DNA from: Vicugna vicugna
Taxonomy: Eukaryota
Length of the DNA stretch: 64,000 nucleotides
Reading direction: 5' to 3'
NCBI GenBank assembly: GCA_013265495.1
Contig: MU057651.1
Location: 1,747,674 to 1,811,673, forward strand
Shown here: one piece after another, positions 50,926-61,115 of the stretch
Position numbering within the stretch: position 1 is the stretch's first letter
How the letters are laid out: each line of letters opens with the position of its first letter
Made by a program: the position numbers and the translations under genes
Notes under the pieces: generated by a model
The model's database searches: none
Told to the model about the DNA's origin: nothing
Seen by the model: the letters and a program-made list of their open reading frames with translations, nothing else

Positions 50926-52423
50926 GTGAGACCGTCTGAGGTTTTCCAGAAAAGGGGACCCACTGGGGAATGCTTGGCCATCACCTCTCTCATCCCATGG
51001 TAAAAACCCACAGTATCAGATAAATGTCCCTGAAACATTTCCCATGTGATGATGCTGAAGGAAACACCATCCAACGTGTGAATGTTACATATTTAAAATA
51101 GATCCCCCTGGGGAGGAAGTCTTGTGGTCGAAGTTCAAGCGAAGCATCATTTGCAATTTTGTTTCCTGCCCAGTTTCCTCTCCCAGCATGTTACATTTAC
51201 TGGGTGGTTAGTCTGTATTCAGGAGCAAAGGCTGTAAACATGGTATCCCCAGGAACCGCAGAGAAGTGCGCAGAATTGGGGGTTGTTGGGACGGATGGGC
51301 TGACAGCTGCCCGGGTGGGCTCAGGAGGCGGGGCGGGAGCTGCGGTCGCCCCCATCCATGTCCGTGATGGGGAGGAGGGTGGGCACCACGGTGAGGACAA
51401 GAGGCAGCTGCCACTCTGTTTCGAGCGGCGGTCAGCAAAGTGGCGCTGACAGCCTTGATTGACAGCTCATCCGAGTGGGAAGCCGCCGGGACGGCAGGAG
51501 CTCAGGGCGCCGTCTTACCTTCCCCGCACCTCACCGTGCAGGTGGAGTGCCTCTTGCCTTTCTGGATTCTCAAGTTGGAGCAGAAATAAGTGGCAGCAGC
51601 CATGCATTTTCAATGAGGTTCTGCAGGAGACGGGGCATCGCGGGATGCGCGGGGGACAACAGTGGCAGCCGTCTCCTTCACTGGTCCATGACAGTTCGTT
51701 CTCTGGGCTGCGGCTCATGCCTCAGCCTTGGGTTCTTAGTTACGCTCTGTAGCTTGAAGTCCCACTGGAAGGAAGTCTCTCCACATCCTCGGAGGGGTCC
51801 AGGGCCACCTCCCATCTTAATAAAGCGGAGACAAGTGTCCGCCCACAGAAGCAAGTACTGAAACCCAGGGCTAATCTCCGTCTCCGCCTTTAGTTGGTGT
51901 TTATCTCGGTCGGCTCCCCTGGCTGGGCTTTGATTAGAGAGGCCGATGCTTGGTAAACACAGGAAGCCGGCCCCTTCGTCCTCCCCGGGACGCCTTGTTA
52001 ACCCAGTGAGGCTTGCAGCCTCCTGTCATGCGGGGCAATTGCTCCCGATACTCAGCCGTCTTCCAGGCTTGTTTGCCTGAGCTCCTCTGCAGGGAAAAAA
52101 AACAACAAAAAAAGTGATTTTCATGGTGGCCAGTTAGGAAGTGGCTTCGTTCCTTTTGTGAATCTGCCACTGCTGCCTGCTCGGGGCTTTTGAAGATGTC
52201 AGCACACGGCTTCCCGGAGGAGTTGCTAGCTCCATTTGCGGCACGTTTCCCCCTCCTATAGATTTTGGAATTATTTGAAATACGGCAGTGGCGTGTCTGT
52301 TGTGACATGCTCATCACTCAGTGACCAGGGGGATTATTAAAAAAGTAATGGAAAATGGTAGTTTATTTGCCCTGGGCCAGGTACGGTTCTAAGTAGAGCA
52401 TCCGGAGGAGGCGGGTAAGAGGC

Positions 52424-52520
52424 TCATCCCCATTTCACAGACGGGAAGGCTGAGGCTCAGACGAGGCGGGAACGCTTCCCAAGTTGCGTGGCGGGGTTGG
52501 CGGGGGTTCGCCTTGAAATC
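52424..52520 (-). mobile_element. MIR fragment
   Basis: ccccatttcacagacgggaaggctgaggctcaga...cccaag resembles the MIR core. Confidence 0.6.
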
Positions 52521-53879
52521 AGAGAAGCCGCCTTCAGGGCTATGGGTGGAGATGCGATTTTGATGCCTGGCGTGTTGCGATTGCGTGTGTGAGACGGAAA
52601 TTTCCAGCGTCGTGAAGGGCTGTCTGATTTTCTGCACCCCTCTGGTGGCCATAGACGTGGCCACTGCAGGGGGTTACTGGGGCTCCCCTGAGAGGCAGCC
52701 CCTCCTGCTGGCCTCCCTGGCGGCTGGCCCTGGTGTGCTCTCCCACCGCGTCTGCTGCTCACTTAGCTCCCCTTCCCCGGGCTGTCACCTGTTCTCACCG
52801 GAACGTGATTCCAGAGCCAGACCCCCATGCCTGCGGGGAAGGTCCTCGCCATTCTCCACACCCCTCCCTCCCCGGGGCCCGCGCCTTTCTCTGGGCTCCG
52901 CCTGCGTCCGGGGTCCCCACTCGCCTCCAGCCCGTCGGCCGGTCTCTCCCACATCTCTCTGGTCACAGCCCCGCTCCCCCCGCCCCCTAGAGGTTAATTC
53001 AATTCAGCGAGAAGAGGTCTTCATTCACCTCGAGTTTAAGGCTGGCAGGTTGACGTAAGCCTTTCCATGTCCCCCCATTGTCCACACCACGTCCTTTTGT
53101 GCTGTGCCCGTATCTGAGTCTGAATTCAATTAATCTGGTTTGAAAAAAAAAAACGTATCTAAAGTTACAACACAGTGATTCAGGAGACGGGGTAACGTGG
53201 TCTGGATTGCTAGGGAAACCTGTCGGATGATTTAAACGTTAGCGTCGTACAAGGACACCACACCACACTCACCCACCTGCCAGTGGGGCTTCTGTGTGTG
53301 TGTGTGTTTGCCCCTGGAATACAAGAGTTAAGGCTTAGCCACCTCATTTTTGTTAAAACCTGCAAATGTCCATCAGGGAACCCCCGACTGTGTCTTGCTT
53401 TTTACCTTCTCTGCAGATTCCGCCTTCCTCCTGAAGGTTTCTTCCAGTCCCCTTCCGTTCTGTTAGAAGGAGCCAGAAATGACACGAAGGCGAGAGGGGG
53501 ACGAGGAGGCATGAGTCAGAGACGGGGTCGCGAGATACCCCTGAATTCTTTCCGTGTTACCTTCAGGCAGCACAGAGGAGGCCACGGTGCAGTTTATATT
53601 CAGACTTTCTGTTGGGAGGCATAAATATTACCCTAATGTTTTTAGAAGTTCTTAATGTTTCATCCTTATAATTATCCACGTTATTATTATTCCAAATTTT
53701 AAGCATTTATCCAAAAAATTGTGTTAGTTTAAACCCGTTTCATTCAGTTGTTTAAGATGCACAAATCATGAGTCCATCTGCATGTTTCTACAGAGTTTTC
53801 CCCACTTCTCTTATATTTGAATGACATGACCTTGACCAGATTGATTACACGATGACACTGAACAAACCAAATCTGTGTT

Positions 53880-53953
53880 ACCATCTAGGGTCCCGAGAAT
53901 TAGGTTAAACGCTTGAACCATCTAGGGTCCCGAGAATTAGGTTAAACGCTTGA
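53880..53953. repeat. perfect 37-bp tandem duplication
   Basis: ACCATCTAGGGTCCCGAGAATTAGGTTAAACGCTTGA at 53880-53916 and 53917-53953. Confidence 0.95.
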
Positions 53954-54731
53954 CGGCATCTTACAGTCACGCAGGGTTGGAAACAAAGCTGTTTCCTCAT
54001 CTGGGCTCCCAGAGGGGCCCGCCGGCCCGAGGATGGGGCGGGAAACGGGCAGAGCAGAGCGCGGGCCGGGCCAGCAGGCGCGCTGAGGACCAGGTCTGCG
54101 TAGACACGTGTCTCACGCAGAGCGGGGATGGGCGTTCTGCTGTGGAGAGATGCTGAGGGGAAAACCGAGGGGTGCAGGGTGGAGGGCACAGAGGTGGGGT
54201 CGTGCCAATGTCCTGGGGGAGCCGGAATTCCCCCCGGGGTTCCGTCTGGTGATGCAGGCACCACCCTCCCGGCTTGAGCAGAGGGTTCCCAGCGACTGCA
54301 GAGGAGAAACATTCCTCTTTTCTCCCCACCTCCGATCCTTACAAACCGAGCTTGGGGGGCCGTCTCAGGAAGCGGCCTCTGGGTGGAAAGGGGCTCCTTT
54401 CCTGGGCAGATATCCAGGACTCCCTCCTCACCTCCCATGTTTCTGGTCCTCGCTGCCCCCACGGGCGCTAGACCTGAGGATTCTGGCCATCGCTCTGATG
54501 ATTCACGGGCTCAGAGAACCCAGCTTGGTCCACAAGGACCGCTCGCCCCATCCTCCCCGAGTCTGTTCATTCTCAGTCCTCCCTGTGTTGTGAGGGGCGA
54601 CACCTCAGGGGCTGGGCTGGACTGCTCATCGGGGGCGGTGGGCGGGGGCAGGGTTCCAGGCCAACAGCCAGGTGTCCCGGGGGGCCCCTCGGAGAATGGG
54701 GGTGCGTTCACAGAGAGCTTCTCTCGCCCAG

Positions 54732-54866
54732 GTTGCTGGGGACCTGGTGAGGCGCCTACACCTGGAAACCCACGTGCACAAGCTGGTGGCCACCTACAGC
54801 GGGGGCACCAGGAGGAAGCTGTCTGCAGCCCTGGCCCTGCTGGGGAAACCCGACCTACTCCTGCTG
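54732..54866 (+). CDS. ABCA13: ABCA13 exon 15/17 ([45 protein letters not shown]; signature motif)
   Basis: ctctcgcccag|GTT ... CTG|gtgagt; 135 nt, phase 0-0; YSGG..RKLS.A.AL. Confidence 0.96.
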
Positions 54867-55449
54867 GTGAGTAATGGGGCCACCGGCGACGTGCCGGCGT
54901 CTTCAAATCAGGGCTCTTCCGGGGGCGAAATGCAGATCTTGCAGTGTTGGTTTTCTGGACGAAGAAACATTCAGCCCTTAGTCCACATTTTCCAAGCAGA
55001 GTCCAAAATGCCGCTGCTGGAATTTTACAGAAACGAAACGTTTCTGTTTTGGGTCACTTTTAGTTATCACGTTCAAGATTTGAAAACAGTTTAGCATTCA
55101 ACACAACATTTTAGAAGAATTCCAGAACTCAGCTGTAGTCTGGAAACAGGTGCATCCCTGTTCTGTGGCATGTTACGCTGTCTTTTTTTTTTTTTTTTCA
55201 ACCTGTGGATATGATTGTCACAGCTGGAGGGACAGTGTCCTTGGTGAATCCTGAAGGTGGGTGTTGGGGTGCAGGATGGACTTGGTGAGGAGGGGAGGGT
55301 GTTCAGCACGAGAACAGAATATATACAGTGGTTTTAAGGCAAGGATGTAATCTAAGTGGGGATCGAAGTTAATCCAGTTTGTCTGGAGGAAAGCATGAGC
55401 TGGAGATGTTTAAGGGTCAAGAAACAGAGGTAATTGTTTTGCACCCAAA

Positions 55450-56011
55450 AATAGACACCTGCACCCCAGTGTTCACAACAACACTATTTACAACAGCCAA
55501 GACATGGAAACAACCTAAATGTCCATCAACAGATGACTGGGTAAAGACGATGTGGTCCATTTATACAATGGAATACTACTCAGCCATGAAAAAGGGTGAA
55601 ATCATGCCATTTGCAGCAACATGGATGGACTTGGAGATGGTCATACTCAGTGAAGTAAGCCAGAAAGAGAAAGACAGATACCATTTGATATCACATATGT
55701 GTGGCATCTAAAAAGTGATACAAATGATCTCACTTACAAAACAGAAGCAGACTCAAAGATGTAGAAAACAAACTTAACGGTTTCCAAACGTGAAAAGAGG
55801 TGGGGAGGGATGAATTAGGAGTTTGGGATTAGCAGACACACACTACTGTGTAAAAAAAAGAGATAAGCAACAAGGCCCTACTGTACAGCACAGGGAACTG
55901 TATTCAATACCTCATAATAACCTATAATGGACCAGAATATATATATGTACAACTGAAGTGCTGTGCTGTGCAGCAGAAGCTAAAAATAATACCATCAAAC
56001 AATAAATAAAA
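55450..56011 (+). mobile_element. L1 fragment (ORF2 C-terminus plus 3'UTR)
   Basis: DTCTPVFTTTLFTTAKTWKQPKCPSTDDWVKTMWSIYTMEYYSA...WMDLE (ORF 55379-55711); 3'UTR motif caaggccctactgtacagcacagggaac. Confidence 0.92.
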
Positions 56012-56896
56012 GTGGATTCTCATCACTGGAGTGAATCCCAGGGCTTCATGCTTGTGGACAGTCTGAGGGACATCCTGAAATATGAGAAACAAAATAGATT
56101 CTTCCCCTGTTCTTGTTCATTAAATGGAAACAGCTCAGTGAGGGGAGCAGAAGGGGGCTCAGAGGCCTGTGTTGGAAACACGGCCCCATCATTTATGGAT
56201 TGTCTTTTGGAATCTCAGTCCAGTTTTCCTCTTACTTGCCCGAAGCTTGCTTTTTTTTTTTTTTTTTTAAAGGTCCAAAATCAAAGACGACTGCGTAATC
56301 GCGTATTCTGAAATCTGGTCACAGTTCGCAGGGTTCTGCAGTTTGCAGACGACGTTCTCCCTACAAGGGGAGGCAGGCTCGCCTTGAAGAGTTCACAGGA
56401 CGTGGCCATTTGTACTTTGAGCAGAATCCCCGGTCAGCCTCCCCGCTACATCTCCTGAGTCAGGATGAGGTCCTCTGCCCTGGCGTGCATCCCTGGCTCT
56501 CCGCAGCACCCCCCGGTCCCCCCAAACATCTTTTCCCATGCAGCCCTGCTCTCGGCCCCCTTGGTCACCCAGGACTAGGGCACAGTGACAAGGCTTGGGA
56601 CTCAAGTCCCACTTCCCACCTGCCTCCAACATGTTCTGCGCCCACCCCCTCCTTGTCTGGAAATGGTCCTGATCAGAGTGTCCATCTGCTGGAGTCCCTG
56701 AAGGCAATCCATGCAGTCATCCAGGTCAGGCTTTAGTGACCGACGATGGAGTGTTCAGAGCAACTGGTGGGAGACACGCACGCACAGAAGGGTTCTCGAG
56801 TCCCCAGAGAGGGGACGAGGGGCTCTCACAGCCGACACCAGTGTGCGAGCCTAGGCGACACCTCCGCGCGGCCACGCCGGCCATTGACTGTCTTCC

Positions 56897-57170
56897 CTTT
56901 ATTGAAGTCTGGTCAGTTACAACGCGGTGTCAGTTCGTCTCCGGTGCACGGCGGCACGTTTCAGCCGCTCCTGCATGTGTTCCTGCTCATGCTCTTTTCC
57001 ACCGCAGGTGACTGCAAGGTATTGAATATAGTTCCCTGTGCTGCGCAGAAGGAGCTTGTGGTGTGTCTGTCTTATATATGTTAGTTGTGTCTGCAAATCT
57101 CAAACTCCCCATTTATCCCTCCCCACCCTCTTCCCCGCCAGCAACTGTACGTTTGTTTTCTATGTGACTT
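56897..57170 (-). mobile_element. L1 3'-UTR fragment, GC-shifted
   Basis: tttattgaagtctggtcagttac...tattgaatatagttccctgtgct...tgcaaatctcaaactcccc. Confidence 0.82.
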
Positions 57171-57219
57171 ACTTTGTAACTATACGCTGTGTCTCTTGAT
57201 TGGCAGAAAAGACCAGGTG

Positions 57220-57423
57220 TTCCTTCCTTCCTTTCTTTTCTTTTCTTTCTCTTCTTTTCTTTCTCTTCCTTCCTTCCTTCCTCCCTCCCTCCTTCTTTCT
57301 TTCTTTGTTTCTTTCTTTTCTTTTCTTTCTTTTCCTTCTTCCTTTCTTCCTTCCTTCTTTTTTTTCCTTCTTTCTTCCTTCCTTCCTTTCTTTCTTGTTC
57401 ATTTTCCTTCTGCTTCTTTCTTT
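57220..57423. repeat. polypyrimidine low-complexity tract (CTTT/CCTT)
   Basis: About 200 nt of almost only C and T. Confidence 0.92.
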
Positions 57424-57878
57424 GGGGAAGTTGGTGGCGCTCAGCTTTTAAGAAAAATGCGTTTAGCTCTCCTCAACCGCAGACAGTACAGAAACACATC
57501 ATGTGGTCTGGAAACATTTCTTGCCAACGTGGTCCGGGTAGGAAGTGCTTCAGTGTTTACTGAAGGAGAAAGTGTCAGGCTCCAAGGAGCTTCACGTTAC
57601 TGGATGTTGCTAAGTGAGGAAGCCTTTTCCTGGCCCTGTGGGTCTTTCTGGGGCAGGTCATTCTGAGGTTTTACAGAGGTTGGGCTGGATCAGGGTCAGC
57701 CTGCCAGACCGGACCACCGAGGGGCGCTCGGCTGCTGTGATGGAGCATCTGGGCTTTGCAGCAAGAGGGCCGCCAGCTATAGCTAACGTGGGACTTCCTC
57801 CCGGCCGGGCCTGGCCGCGCTGGGCAGTGTGCGGCTCCTGCTCCTGACCGCCTTCCCCCTCCGCTCATCACCCTGCAG

Positions 57879-57982
57879 GATGAGCCCAGCTCTGGGATGG
57901 ACCCCTGCTCGAAGCGGTACCTGTGGAAAGCCATCGCCAAGGAGGTTCGGGAAGGCTGTGCGGTGGTGCTGACCTCTCACAG
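57879..57982 (+). CDS. ABCA13: ABCA13 exon 16/17 ([35 protein letters not shown]; Walker B end, D-loop, H-loop)
   Basis: ccctgcag|GAT ... CACAG|gtgggc; 104 nt, phase 0 to 2. Confidence 0.97.
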
Positions 57983-58679
57983 GTGGGCATCCCGGGGGCC
58001 GGGGAGCATCCAGGACCAGGCACGATGGTACCCACGCGACCCCATGGGGACGGCACGGATTAGGACGCAGACGCAGAAGGGGGTTGACCCAGGCTTCACC
58101 GCCAGCTGGTGGGGGCTGGAATTTGAAGCCCGTGGACCGGCACAGACCACAGCCCTGTCTTTGCGTGTTATTTACCCCCGGTTCCTCTACTGAACTCTTA
58201 TTGTTTATTTTTACGCTAATCTGAGTTCTTTATAGTAAGTACATCAACCCTTACCCATTTAATTTTTTTTGCTGCAGTGTTTCAATGTTAGTGTGCTGTG
58301 CTTGGAGACACTTTCTGGAAGTTTGTGGTTTTGCACTGCCAAGCGTATCAGACTTTCCCTGTGGGAGCTTCTTCCGCGGCTGTTACGCTTAGAACGAACG
58401 TTCTGCCCTCGGGCACTTATGTCTTTAAAATAATATTATGTCTCATCTTGTTCCAGTGACCTGCCTTGTGAGTTCCTTAGCGTCGCGCCTCATTTAAATT
58501 ATTTAAGCAAATATTAATATTTCCTGGAGCAAATCTCCTTCCTCTGCTCTTCCGGTCCCATCTTTTTCACTAACTAATGTTAAAGACATGCCGTATAATT
58601 ATTTTCAGTTTTTCTTTTCATGGGGACTGATAAACTTAAAATTTTGACTGGCATTATACTGTGTTTTTAGAATTAACAT

Positions 58680-58930
58680 TATACTTTTATATAATTATGG
58701 TGTAAGTATAAATTGCAATCTTTATAACATGCTTTATGTCAATATAATATTAAATTGTATTACAAACTAAATTATAATTACAAATTACAGTATGATTTAC
58801 TATGATATGTTATATGCTATATTAAAATAGGACTTTTATTTGTGTCTTATGTACAATTAATATTTGTTGCATTTTGCATTTTTATTTATTAACTTTTACA
58901 TTTATACTTACATGTCCGTATTATTCTAAG
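58680..58930. repeat. AT-rich low-complexity tract
   Basis: Very low GC with TA/TTA runs; a similar tract lies at 35600-35760. Confidence 0.6.
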
Positions 58931-59039
58931 TAATTTTTATACGATCATTTCCCATTTAAAAATATTCTTTTCCTTTTTTTGACACATCTTTCCATCCATT
59001 CATGATTTCATTGAAGTTCATTAGTAAATTTTGCTTCTT

Positions 59040-59193
59040 TTTTTGTGTGTGTTTTTTGAGAGGGGTAATTAGGTTTATTTAATTTTTAAATGAGGTTTAT
59101 TTATTTAATTTATTTAACAGAGGGACTGGGGACAGAACGCGGGTCCTCGTGCTTGCTAAGCACACGCTCCACCGCTGAGCTACACCCTCCCCC
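59040..59193 (-). mobile_element. tRNA-derived SINE (Vic-1-like)
   Basis: tgctaagcacacgctccaccgctgagctacaccctcccc, with the taattaggtttattt tail seen in the other copies. Confidence 0.82.
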
Positions 59194-59497
59194 AAACCTG
59201 GTCTCTTTCCATAAAACTTTCACTTTTTGGGGTGAAGGTCACTCTTACCCATTCTGCGTTTTGGTGCCATCACTGGAAGGCTCCCTCCCTCACCTTTTAC
59301 AGCTGTTCTGCCTGGTACGTGGACGTGCTCACCACGGAGATGGATCCCTGACGAAAGTCATGTCCATTCACAGCGGGCTCCTTGGCTGGCGTGAGGTTTC
59401 CGTGCCGTCCGGGGACGTTCTGTGCGTCGCTGGGCTCCCTGTTCCAGGGCAGCCCCGCACCTGGCACGCGGCTCACACGGGTCTCTTGTCTCCCCAG

Positions 59498-59590
59498 CAT
59501 GGAGGAGTGTGAGGCGCTCTGCACCAGACTTGCTGTGATGGTCCGGGGCAGCTGCCGGTGCCTGGGCTCCCCTCAGCACATCAAGAACAG
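59498..59590 (+). CDS. ABCA13: ABCA13 exon 17/17 ([31 protein letters not shown])
   Basis: tctccccag|C ... AACAG|gtactt; 93 nt, phase 2-2; '[15 protein letters not shown]' motif. Confidence 0.96.
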
Positions 59591-60214
59591 GTACTTCGCC
59601 CTTCCTCCCTGTCTCAGTGTTCACTGAGCATCCGCGGCGGGACGCGGGCGGGTGTCCCCACAGGTGCTTTAGAGACACATCCGCTCCGGGCCGATGTAGG
59701 GGAGGGCACGGGGCAGGGGAGGGGGCCGTGTGGTCCCCACACTCGTCTCCCACGCCAGCCCCACGCTTTCCCCACAAGCTGTCACTGTGTCCTGCCCCCC
59801 AGGGACGTGCACTGTCCTCCTGGTGACACTGGGAGGGCTGGGAATCCGATCCCAGAGTCAGGATGAAGGAAGGACAGACATGCCTCCTTGATGCAAAATA
59901 CATCAGAGGACTGTAGCAACGTGTCCCCGAATGCTGAGTCCTAGAAAGCTCTGTGGTGACGTCGGGGGGTGACAGAGGGTCGCAGTGATTGCTCCTCATT
60001 TCAGCTCCTAAAGACCAAAGACTTCGCACACACGACCTCTTAGATTCCTTCCTGGTGAATCGTCTTTTCCCGCCTTTTCCATTTACCTTTTTGGAGTCGA
60101 TGATTTTTTCTGTCATCTTGAATGAGCATTTTTACATCCCCGTATAAATTTTTTATAAAAAAAATCCAGTGTAGCCTGAGCTATTCTCTGCATGTATAAG
60201 GCTTAACTGGTTTC

Positions 60215-60584
60215 TTTGTTCACATCATGGAGCTTCGAAGTCGCTGCGTTGCTGGCGCGTTGCAGGGTTTGTGGTTTTGCACTGAGCTCAGCTGTCGACA
60301 CCATTTTTCCAACTTCATTTGCTCACTTTGTATCTCTGAGTCCCAGTCTGGTAATTCTCACGATATTTCAAACCCTCTGCCAACAAGAAGGATTATACTC
60401 AATGAAGGCTCAGATAATAGCATTTTTAAGTAATAAAGTCATTAAAAAATTAAGGTATGTACAATTTTTAGACATAATGCTATTGGACACTTAATAGAAT
60501 ACAGAATATTATGAACATAACTTTTATATGCACTGGGAGACCAAGGAATTTATGACTCCCTTCAGTATGTCCAAGATATACCTG
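60215..60584 (+). mobile_element. Tigger1-family non-autonomous DNA transposon
   Basis: caccatttttccaac..catttgctcactt.gt.tct...ggtaattctcac.atatttcaaac joined to gaaggctcagat..tagcattttt...ttaaggtatgtaca...gacataatgctatt...acataacttttatatgcactggga; ends tacctg. Confidence 0.8.
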
Positions 60585-60644
60585 GAACTTTTTTTTGAAT
60601 TTGTTTAATCTGTTACTTTTGATTCAGAGTTAATTTATTCACAT

Positions 60645-61115
60645 TGGTACCAAGTCCAGGCTTGTACCGATCACCACACGACAGGCTGATACACTGAGAG
60701 ACGAGTCTCTGGGGCAGGGAAGAGTGACTTTATTCGTACAGAAGTTCAGCAGATCAGGACGGCGGTGGGCGGTGGACCACTGTCTCAAGGAGCCACCTTC
60801 CCGGGGGCTTCTTTGATGCTAAAAGGGGACGAGGAAATTCAAACATATCCTGTTTCCGATCAACCGCCAGAGGGACGTGTTAATTTGTCCTTTCCTGGGG
60901 GGCTGGTCAGGATGATTCCTGGGAGCTAAACAAAGGGGTTTCAGCTAAACGCTCACTACCTGGGAGGCAGGTCTCCCAGAGACAGGACGTTATTTAATTT
61001 CAGCTTGTGAGCAGCGTCCCTTTCGTGATTAACTTGTAGCAAAAGCAGCAGATACAAAGGGGAAGGTAGAAGAAACAGACCCAACGCGGGGGCAGCGTTC
61101 TTCCTCCCTGCGACA
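60645..61115 (-). mobile_element. solo ERV LTR
   Basis: TG...CA bounded (tggtaccaagtcc ... ccctgcgaca); reverse-strand AATAAA at 60728-60733 (tttatt); layout shared with 15160-15602. Confidence 0.6.

Larger units (their letters stand above)
3426..59590 (+). other. ABCA13: ABCA13 gene, partial (17 internal coding exons of the C-terminal half; both gene ends outside the window)
   Basis: All 17 exons have AG/GT boundaries and compatible phases. Joined CDS is 2257 nt with no stop or frameshift. The translation has ABCA second-half architecture and segments I recognise as ABCA13 ([69 protein letters not shown]). Confidence 0.96.

Noticed and set aside
57085..57666. 193-aa Phe/Ser/Leu-rich 'membrane protein' and the antisense Lys/Arg/Glu-rich ORF
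   Set aside because: Translations of the CT low-complexity tract.
3426..59590. ABCA13 as a pseudogene
   Set aside because: All 17 exons are in phase with GT-AG sites, no stops and intact catalytic motifs. Lesions outside the window cannot be excluded.
59358..60116. Long minus-strand ORFs (252 aa here; also 17173-17871, 61633-62310, 53905-54462, 31325-31897)
   Set aside because: No recognisable domain, composition typical of GC-rich noncoding DNA, and overlap with ABCA13 exons or SINEs. Chance ORFs.
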